Shown piece by piece: positions 17,733 to 25,063 of a stretch of 32,000 bases of DNA (the first letter of the stretch is position 1; the number at the start of each line of letters is the position of its first letter). The notes beneath the pieces were generated by a model. The model saw nothing but the letters and a program-made list of their open reading frames with translations. It searched no databases and was not told the DNA's origin. The stretch is taken from assembly GCA_000025185.1 (NCBI GenBank), contig CP001848.1, positions 1,830,001 to 1,862,000 on the forward strand, read 5' to 3'. Source of the stretch: Pirellula staleyi DSM 6068 (lineage in GTDB: Bacteria > Planctomycetota > Planctomycetia > Pirellulales > Pirellulaceae). Both the position numbers and the translations under genes were made by a program.

Positions 17733-18766
17733 TTCGACGACTCCTCGCCAGGATGCGAACTGGAGGTTTTGATCGAGCGGAGCGGCGCACCGCAGCTGAA
17801 ACAAAAACGATCGCTGGAAGTCAGGGGCGTTTTACAAACGCTACAGACGACCGCTTGCTGCTGAGGTGCCTCGAGCAGCAGCACCGATTGTTGGGCGAGC
17901 GCGACGGCCTCGCTCCGAAGTTTTTGATACCCCTCCTCGCGAATCCAGCGATCGAGTTCCTTCACGCGCCGAATCGGCCAGGGATGGGTCAGTTCATGTT
18001 CGGTCGGAGCCCCACGCAGCATCGAAGTCATGTTGCTATCGAACTCCTCGCTCAGCTCGCGGGCTTGCTCGAGACAAGCATCGAGGTTCAGCGTCACTGG
18101 CACAGGTGTGCTGAAACGCATTAAGCGGAGCAGCGTTTGCATCGCAGCGTCGAAGCTGTCGCAGGCTAGCAGCCCCGCGCGATCGGCGGAGTATTCGGCC
18201 GAGCGAATGAAGTGCATCAGCTGCGAGAAAGCGACCGACTTCACGATGCCGCCAACCACCGGAATCAGATCGACGAGCCCCAGCATTTTGACACCGATTT
18301 GCTGGAAATAGACATGCTTGAACAAGATGTGGCCGAGTTCGTGTCCGATCACGAACTGCAACTCTTCGCGCGAGAGTGACTCGACCAGCCCACCGCCGAT
18401 CACCACGTGAGGAGTTTCAACACCGGCTGTCCAGGCGTTCGTGCCGTAGCCAATGAAGAAGTCGGGATAGGGATAGACACCGAGCGTGCGACAGCAGTGC
18501 CGAAAAAGTTCGTGCAGCGACGGGAACTGCTTTTCGCTAACGCGGAGGTTCGTTGCCAGGTTGACAGCCCGCATCTGATACTCGGTGAAGAGTTCGCTAT
18601 GCACACGAACCAAATCGCCGAAGCCTGCCGACTCGCGCAAGAGCGACATTGCATGCTCATCTTGATGATGTCGATAGCGTCCTGGCGAGAGAGACGCAAA
18701 GCTGTGCGCCGGCGTGGTCGACGGCACCAGTTGCTGCGAAAGGGGCTCGAAACGAGGGATATTCAT
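17729..18766 (-). CDS. M48-family Zn-metallopeptidase with C-terminal zinc ribbon
   Basis: HELGH at codons 18329-18343. Third-ligand region RSAEYSADRAGLL. THPWPIRRVKEL is typical of the M48 C-terminus. C-terminal ribbon CSVCKTPLTSSDRFCFSCG (17792-17845). No convincing full transmembrane helices. The stop overlaps the next start as ATGA (17732-17729). Confidence 0.85.
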   Translation of the reverse strand: MNIPRFEPLSQQLVPSTTPAHSFASLSPGRYRHHQDEHAMSLLRESAGFGDLVRVHSELFTEYQMRAVNLATNLRVSEKQFPSLHELFRHCCRTLGVYPYPDFFIGYGTNAWTAGVETPHVVIGGGLVESLSREELQFVIGHELGHILFKHVYFQQIGVKMLGLVDLIPVVGGIVKSVAFSQLMHFIRSAEYSADRAGLLACDSFDAAMQTLLRLMRFSTPVPVTLNLDACLEQARELSEEFDSNMTSMLRGAPTEHELTHPWPIRRVKELDRWIREEGYQKLRSEAVALAQQSVLLLEAPQQQAVVCSVCKTPLTSSDRFCFSCGAPLRSIKTSSSHPGEESSK

Positions 18767-18775
18767 ACTTTTTTC

Positions 18776-21358
18776 CTACTCACTGCGCTTTCTTTGAACG
18801 ATCCCCAGCGACTGACTGGCGGCGAGTTGCATCAGATGATCGAGGCGCTGATCTTGCCGCTCGAGCCGCTGCTGAAGCGCCTCGAGATGCGCGAGCTGAT
18901 CGCGCTCGTTCTGCAATCGACGACGCTCTTGCTCCATCACTCCAGCGATCCACTGGCGATAGTGCCGGACCTGCACGCGCAAATTCTCCTGAATCGCGAG
19001 GCACATGTTTTGAGCCAGCGACGGGGCACTTTGCTTCATGGTCGCAATGGGACTTTCCATCACCGATTCAAACAGGGTGTCGACTTCGCTCGCGCACTCT
19101 TCTTTGACTGCACTAAACGACTTGCCCGACATCCAGCCGAGCACCCCTCCGACAAGGCCACCGATCACCGTTCCGACCCCCGGAATGATCGAGCCGACAC
19201 CAGCGCCGACCGCAGCGCCGCCGAGAATCCCACCCATGTTTGAGGAGGCGATCGACTGCACTTTCTCGGCCAGCGAACCGGCGAGATCGCTCATGTCGAC
19301 ATCGGTCCGGACATCGGTGGTCGAAGCAATTTCGCCCACTTGGAGGTGAAACTTTTCACCGACAATGCGGTAGCGCTCGCGGAGGCCTGCGAAGAGTTGA
19401 TTTTGAATGCGGCGCAGCTCTCCTTCCGCTTGCGACTGGAGTTCCTGTTGCAAACTCGTGCTGAGGTATGACAAGTCGCGCTCGACGCGCGACTGCAGAT
19501 TCGTGAGCAGCTCGCGGAGCTGATTGGAGTTCGCGCAGTCGGTGATCTCTTGCCGAATGCGCGACTTTACTTCCGAGAGTTTCAGCTCTAAGTGACTCGT
19601 GCCGTTGCTGGCCAAAACGGTCGAAAGTCGCTTGATTTGCGGCAAGATTTTGCCCACTTCGGTTTCGCAGTAGATCACCGGATCGGGAATCTGCTGCGCT
19701 TCGAGCGCGGCAATTGTGGTGCGATAGGCTTGCTCGGCGGCGGCGCTTGCCGCGCGAATCTGCTCGGTGAATTGCCGGATCGCCACCACTGCGCGGGCTG
19801 CCACAATCATCGGCCGTTCGTGCGAGAGAATCTGCATCATCAGCGCTAGGTCGCGTTCGAACTTTTGCTGCCACTCGGGATGATCGCCGCGCAGGGCACG
19901 CTCGGCTGCCATGGTGAACGAGTGGAGCTGACGATGATCGCGACCAACTTCCGCAGCGAATCGTTTTTCCCCCATCCGCCGCGCTTCTTCGATTTGCTCT
20001 TCCCCCGATTCACCGAGAATCTCGGCGTTTTCCATCGCACGGTCGACCTTCGTGAGGACGAGCATCAAGTGGGGCATCACTCCCGACAAAGCTCGCACAA
20101 AGTCGCGCGTGCTGCCACTCACCGGCTGCTGCAAATCCGAGAGCACAATCGCGCCATCCGCTTCGCCACGAATCACTTGCCACGCGCGGCGCGCGTTGGC
20201 TTCGACGTTGGTGTTCACCCCCGGGGTATCGATCACCACTAGCCCGGGCGGGAGTCGCGGACTCGGAAAATCGAGCCACAGCTGCTCGACATCTTTCCCT
20301 TCGCGATCCTGGTCAGTGAGCAGCCGGATATGTTCGCGAAAGGTCTGCTCGCGCACTTCCCCTTGCTGGGATAACTCGAGCTCGAGCGCTTGCAGCCGCG
20401 CGCCACAAGCGACCGTATGCTCGGGCAAATAGTCGAGCTGTAGCGACAGATCGATGAGCCGCTGCTGATGCTCGTCGAGCGTTTGACGGTAGCGATCGAG
20501 GCTCGTCTGCGACAGCCGAATCGTCTCTTGCGCGGAGACGATCAGCTTTTGCTGCGCTTCGATCGCGAGCTGCTGCTCGCGCGCACGCTCGAGTTGTCCG
20601 ATATGGGCCTGCCCGGCCGGATCGACCAGCATTTTTTGGAGTGGCCAGTTCCAGGGGCGTCGCCAATCGGCCAAGTTGCGGACATAAAACGGCAGCGCTT
20701 TGCCAGCCGCATCGAGCTCGGCACGAAAGGTGGCCGCTTCGTTTTGCTGCAGCTCAAGCTGCTGCTCGAGCTGCGCCAGCGCCCGCTGATGCTTCGCCAG
20801 TCGCTGCTCTTCGTGCACAATCCGATGCTGATCGACCACGATCGCTTGCTCGGTTTCCGCAATCATACGTGGCAGATCGTCGACGTCGGTCACCGCTTTG
20901 GCGCACGCTTGTCGGGCTACTTCGATCGCGCGCACGATCTCCGGCGTACGATCGTGATAACGGCTCTGGAACGTCTCCTCTTTCCCACCGGCACGAACGA
21001 CGCGGTAGCCGATTTCGCGGGCTGGCCGGATGAAGGTGACGGTCCCTGTGCATTCGCGCACCGCCGAGCTGAGGAGCGCTTCTCCGAGCAGCGCGTTGAG
21101 GAACGTGCTCTTCCCCGCCTTCTTTTCGCCGACGACGCACACAAACAGCTCGCTCCGCTGCAAGCGGCGCTGGCTCTCGGCGATCAGCGCTTGGACGGTC
21201 CGTGTCGGCTCATCACCTAGTCGATCACGATGGCGCGATAGTTCCTCGAGCAGCTTGAGCGAATCGTGTACCGCCGCGAGCAGTTGCTGATCGATCGAAC
21301 GGCCGGACGCAGACTCGACCATTTCAGCATCAACGATGTTGTGGGGCTGCGTTGTCAT
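18776..21358 (-). CDS. Bacterial dynamin-like protein (DLP-1), intact GTPase motifs, coiled-coil insert, glycine-zipper membrane hairpin
   Basis: 860 aa. G1 is GEKKAGKST (about 21104-21130), G3 is VIDTPGVNT (aa 377-380) and G4 is LTKVD. Glycine-zipper segment NMGGILGGAAVGAGVGSIIPGVGTVIGGLVGGVLGWMSG (about 19128-19245). A 9-nt spacer separates it from the M48 gene. Confidence 0.9.
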   Translation of the reverse strand: MTTQPHNIVDAEMVESASGRSIDQQLLAAVHDSLKLLEELSRHRDRLGDEPTRTVQALIAESQRRLQRSELFVCVVGEKKAGKSTFLNALLGEALLSSAVRECTGTVTFIRPAREIGYRVVRAGGKEETFQSRYHDRTPEIVRAIEVARQACAKAVTDVDDLPRMIAETEQAIVVDQHRIVHEEQRLAKHQRALAQLEQQLELQQNEAATFRAELDAAGKALPFYVRNLADWRRPWNWPLQKMLVDPAGQAHIGQLERAREQQLAIEAQQKLIVSAQETIRLSQTSLDRYRQTLDEHQQRLIDLSLQLDYLPEHTVACGARLQALELELSQQGEVREQTFREHIRLLTDQDREGKDVEQLWLDFPSPRLPPGLVVIDTPGVNTNVEANARRAWQVIRGEADGAIVLSDLQQPVSGSTRDFVRALSGVMPHLMLVLTKVDRAMENAEILGESGEEQIEEARRMGEKRFAAEVGRDHRQLHSFTMAAERALRGDHPEWQQKFERDLALMMQILSHERPMIVAARAVVAIRQFTEQIRAASAAAEQAYRTTIAALEAQQIPDPVIYCETEVGKILPQIKRLSTVLASNGTSHLELKLSEVKSRIRQEITDCANSNQLRELLTNLQSRVERDLSYLSTSLQQELQSQAEGELRRIQNQLFAGLRERYRIVGEKFHLQVGEIASTTDVRTDVDMSDLAGSLAEKVQSIASSNMGGILGGAAVGAGVGSIIPGVGTVIGGLVGGVLGWMSGKSFSAVKEECASEVDTLFESVMESPIATMKQSAPSLAQNMCLAIQENLRVQVRHYRQWIAGVMEQERRRLQNERDQLAHLEALQQRLERQDQRLDHLMQLAASQSLGIVQRKRSE

Positions 21359-21389
21359 CGTGTCACGTTTCCAGGGAATTCGTCGCGGT

Positions 21390-22139
21390 TCAGCAAATCT
21401 TGTCGAGCAAACAGTGCTGGAGTTTTTCGCGGGCCTGTTTTAACTGCGTCTTAATCGTTTCCAGACCGACGCCACGGCGCTCGGCAATCTCTTGGTAAGA
21501 GTGATCTTTGAAGTACTGCAGCCAGATGGCGCGGCGCTGCGCGGAGGGGAGAAAATAGATCGCCTCGCGCACCAGACGTGCTTCCTCGCGGCGGAGCACG
21601 ACGTCGTCGTCGGTGGAGCTGAGGGTATCCTTCAGCGTGTCGTGGTCGAGCGAAAGTTGATCGACCGGCGATTTCAGCCCCAGCCGCCGCGCCTCTTGCT
21701 CGAAGAGTTTGCGGACCCGGTTAACGACCGACGTGTAGAGGTAGCGCTCGGGATGCTCGGGACGAAACTGCTGCTCGATTACCTTGCGCCGAAATGAACT
21801 TTGCCCAGCGCTGCTGACGAAATGGGGGAGCACAAACCGCTGGCTGCAGTAGTCTCGATCGCGCGCCCGCCACTGCTGATTGTGGAGCTCGCGCTGCTGA
21901 TCACCAGGGTCCTGCGCCGTGAGGATCGCGTCGTCACTAGGGAGCCTCAGTAGCTCGCCGCCGTACGCTTTTTGCTTCGCGCGTACGACCCCGAGCGCAA
22001 CGGTTGTGAGCCAGTCGCTGGCAGTCGAATAAAGCCGCTTCCAAGCGCGCGGATCGTTGCTCGCAAGTTGCGACCAAAACGGCTCGTGGGCGAGCAGTCG
22101 CGCGGTCGCAATGGCAGCCGGATTGGGCTTAAACTCCAT
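21390..22139 (-). CDS. Sigma-70 family (ECF-like) RNA polymerase sigma factor, divergent region 2
   Basis: The C-terminus LPSAQRRAIWLQYFKDHSYQEIAERRGVGLETIKTQLKQAREKL is a clear region 4 helix-turn-helix. ERYLYTSVVNRVRKLFEQEARR resembles region 2.3/2.4. A long atypical N-terminal part precedes these. Confidence 0.75.
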   Translation of the reverse strand: MEFKPNPAAIATARLLAHEPFWSQLASNDPRAWKRLYSTASDWLTTVALGVVRAKQKAYGGELLRLPSDDAILTAQDPGDQQRELHNQQWRARDRDYCSQRFVLPHFVSSAGQSSFRRKVIEQQFRPEHPERYLYTSVVNRVRKLFEQEARRLGLKSPVDQLSLDHDTLKDTLSSTDDDVVLRREEARLVREAIYFLPSAQRRAIWLQYFKDHSYQEIAERRGVGLETIKTQLKQAREKLQHCLLDKIC

Positions 22140-23148
22140 CGCTCCCCCCTTCCGCCAACGTCAATGTTTCGTGAGCCGGGAGATAACGCACCGCCACGAC
22201 GAGCTGCTGTTTCGCGGCAAGATCGGCCAGATCGATTTCGAGCAGCGATGCTTGCCAACCGAGTGTGCTGGGAGGGTTGCTGCGCTCGAGCGGGATGGCA
22301 AGCATCCAGGAGTAGCCGAGCAGCGTGGCGACCTGCGCCGGTGATAAGCGCGCAAGCTCGTCAGCGGCGGCTGGTCGAATCAATATCGAAAGCGTGAGAG
22401 TTTTCGAGGCCTCGCGCGCTGCGGGTTGATCGACGTAGAACCAGCCTTCGAGCAGCGATCGCTCGGTGGCATTCCCTGTGGCTGCAGTTTGTGCTGCGGC
22501 TGTCGGCGCTTCGCGCGGTTCGAGTACGAGGGGCAAATTCCACTGCACGCCGGTCGCTTGATCTTCCAGTTCCACGATCACGACAAGGACCGGTGGATCG
22601 CTCGCGCTGGCGAGGGTGCTCACCCCAATCGACCGATCGGAAGATCGACCGAGCACACGAAATTCGCCGCTGGCGAGCGGCTGTGGCAAGCGCGCTGTGT
22701 CGAGGGCAAGCTGGTAACTCGCTTCCGGTGTTGGCGGTGCTGCGGCTGGAGGAGATGGAGCCTCGGCAGAGCGCACGGCTGCTGGCTGCAGCGCGACGAC
22801 ACCTAAGTAAGGCGCACGCGCAGCGCGCGACCATTCGAGGAACAGCAGGTCGAGCGGAGTTCCTGCAGCAGAGCAGTACAGCTCGAGCGTGCGCCCTTGG
22901 CCGGGCGTGTGTTCTGCGAGCAACAGCCGACCATGCGCGAGATAAAGCGCCGCTGCTGCGGAGTTCGCGAGAAGCTCGCGCAAGGTGCCGACGGCGTCGC
23001 CACTGAGCTCGATCGACAGGAGCGAGCCCCCCTGCTCGGCCGCCACGCTTTGCAAAGCGCGCGAACCGGCATCGGCCAGCTGCAGATCGTCGACCAGACG
23101 CCTGAGCCCAGCATCGCGCTCGCTTCGCCGATCACCAAAGCTGGACAT
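22129..23148 (-). CDS. Hypothetical protein (339 aa), first gene of the sigma/dynamin cluster
   Basis: Codon usage is like neighbouring genes when read by eye (GC-rich third positions, same preferred Leu, Asp and Ala codons). ATG 23148 (MSSFGDRRSERD); the ORF is open from GTG 23244. The 3' end overlaps the sigma-factor start by 11 nt. No recognisable domain, no TM helix; Ala/Pro-rich linker PSPPAAAPPTPE. Confidence 0.6.
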   Translation of the reverse strand: MSSFGDRRSERDAGLRRLVDDLQLADAGSRALQSVAAEQGGSLLSIELSGDAVGTLRELLANSAAAALYLAHGRLLLAEHTPGQGRTLELYCSAAGTPLDLLFLEWSRAARAPYLGVVALQPAAVRSAEAPSPPAAAPPTPEASYQLALDTARLPQPLASGEFRVLGRSSDRSIGVSTLASASDPPVLVVIVELEDQATGVQWNLPLVLEPREAPTAAAQTAATGNATERSLLEGWFYVDQPAAREASKTLTLSILIRPAAADELARLSPAQVATLLGYSWMLAIPLERSNPPSTLGWQASLLEIDLADLAAKQQLVVAVRYLPAHETLTLAEGGSDGV

Positions 23149-23394
23149 CGAGAACGCTCCGCAGAGGAGAGGTGGAACTGGGGGGAAAGAGTCGCGGCGG
23201 GACCTGCGCGGGGGATGTGCGAAAGAGAAAAAATTTTGCCACACCCTGGGGGGGAAGTCAGCAGTCGCTCACCGACAATTCACAGAATTTATGCCGCTGC
23301 TGATCCCCCGCCGCTCCCCACGCCGGGCTCTTGAAGGGCAGAGCGAGGGATTGTTCCCCTCGACCATCGCCCTCACAGCTTCAGGAGCCTGATC

Positions 23395-23592
23395 ATGAAA
23401 GTCGTCACCATTCCCGGCGTAGGAACCTATCTCCGGATCGAAGCCCCCACGATGGCCGGCGCTTCGGAGCACGTACGCTACGAGTCCCTTCCCCCCGATA
23501 CCTTCATGGAACTCGCCAGCCCGGCGAGCGCCGCACCATCGCTCCTGCAGCGCATGGTCCTGGGGGTCGTGCTCTGGCTTGTCAGTGCCTAG
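23395..23592 (+). CDS. Small hypothetical protein (65 aa), short hydrophobic C-terminus
   Basis: ATG preceded by AGGAG with an 8-nt spacer. GC-rich third positions like real genes. It diverges from the sigma/dynamin cluster. No recognisable family. Confidence 0.35.
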   Translation: MKVVTIPGVGTYLRIEAPTMAGASEHVRYESLPPDTFMELASPASAAPSLLQRMVLGVVLWLVSA

Positions 23593-23774
23593 GGAGAGAA
23601 CCTCGAGGCAAAAGCGACGAGTGCGTGTCGCACCGGCGAGAAGCGTTTGTGGCGGTTGTCAACGGAGCGAAAATTGACGAAACAGCCGCTGCAAAAAGAG
23701 CGATGCGCACTGACAAAAAACTTGCCAGCAGTATCGCATCGAAGCAGAGGAGCCAGGGGAAAGAGAGCCTCGGC

Positions 23775-24620
23775 CTATCGCGAGGCGGTGAGGCGTGGAT
23801 CACCACTTGGCTGCATGGCAAACGAGCTTTCGTTGCGCACGCCGGTGAAGATTTCCCATTCCTGCTGGCTGGTGAACGAGCGGACATTTCCGCCGGCGAA
23901 CACCACGTTCATGTGCGACTTGTGGAACGGAATGACGGTGTAGAGACCCCGCAGCGGGCTGAAGCGAAAGCGGCGAGGCTGCCACGGTGCTTCGAAATCG
24001 CGGGCCAGCACTTGTTGGCTCAGTTCCCCCGGTCGGTCTTTCGATTTCTGCGACCCGAGCTGGGCCAAGGTGCGAACCACTTGCTCGCGTCCCGGCACCA
24101 CTTCGGCCTGCCATGCGCCACGCTCGGCGTTATACATCAGCACGGTCCGCTCGGGGACGGCGTACTGGCTCAGTGTCTTGCAGTCGAACAGGTAGCTCGA
24201 CGAGAAGGTATCAAACAGCGAGGCGGAATCTTCGTAGCTGCCAACATCGCCCGGCGATTTGAACAGCGATACATGTCCCGAAACATAGGGAAACAGTCCC
24301 ACAGTGGCGCTCTGGCGCAGCTCGGTCATCGTGCCGACACCGCAGTGGAACGGCATCACACCGTTGTAGCTGTCGGCATACATCTGGGTCGCTAGGGCAA
24401 TTTGGCGAAGATTGTTCTGCGATTCGGTGCTTCGAGCCGCCTGTCGGGCCGACTCGAGGGCGGGGAAAATGATCGAGCAAAAGACGGCAATGACCGCCAT
24501 TGCTACGAGCATTTCCACCAATGTAAGTCCTTGACGTGTAACAGCTTGCTGAGTCGATGCAGGGCCGCTGACGAGCGTTTTGCTCGTGCCGCAGCAAGCA
24601 GGCGTGCGTGGGCATTCCAT
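23775..24620 (-). CDS. DUF1559-like protein with prepilin-type N-terminal motif
   Basis: QGLTLVEMLVAMAVIAVFCSIIFPALESARQAARSTESQNNLRQIALATQMY, then a C-terminal variant of the H-X9-DG block (HMNVVFAGGNVRSF). The start is uncertain: ATG 24620 was chosen and ATG 24680 is also in frame. Confidence 0.8.
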   Translation of the reverse strand: MECPRTPACCGTSKTLVSGPASTQQAVTRQGLTLVEMLVAMAVIAVFCSIIFPALESARQAARSTESQNNLRQIALATQMYADSYNGVMPFHCGVGTMTELRQSATVGLFPYVSGHVSLFKSPGDVGSYEDSASLFDTFSSSYLFDCKTLSQYAVPERTVLMYNAERGAWQAEVVPGREQVVRTLAQLGSQKSKDRPGELSQQVLARDFEAPWQPRRFRFSPLRGLYTVIPFHKSHMNVVFAGGNVRSFTSQQEWEIFTGVRNESSFAMQPSGDPRLTASR

Positions 24621-25063
24621 AACGTGACTACTCACTTGGAAGCCGCAGTCGGGAGAGGGGACCGCGTAAGGCCAAACCATTCAGCCGCTGAAGAAATCCC
24701 CAGCGACCATTTCGAGGGTGGGACAAATTGTCCCCAGGCGACAAATCCAAGCTGGCAAGTTGGCTGTCAGGCCCAACCTAGCTGGCGCGAATTTGTGGAA
24801 GGCGGGTTAGTGCGGGAGAGCGCACGGAGGGTGTTACTGCTTCCAACTCTATCGACAATCGGCAGGCTCTGTCAACCGTTAGTTTGATGAATTCAGAGCC
24901 AGTTTTTCATAAAGCAAGGCTCTGTCAACGGTAAATGAATTCGCATTAAATTCAAAAAGTTCCACAAGACACATGTTTAGCGTAGAAATTGAGGGTGTTT
25001 TGCCGGCCTCTGTTGGTGCTGGGCTTAATGGGGGAGTAACCTCCACAAGATGCATGCATGCCA

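Noticed and set aside
9858-23148. Whether the central block is a mobile genomic island
   Set aside because: There is no integrase, transposase, flanking tRNA or direct repeats at the borders. No composition shift is obvious by eye. Island status cannot be supported from this window alone.
23331-24395. 354-aa plus-strand ORF overlapping the small ORF and the DUF1559-like gene
   Set aside because: It is antisense to a gene with a clear prepilin/DUF1559 signature. Its Arg/His/Gly-rich composition is typical of wrong-frame GC-rich translation.
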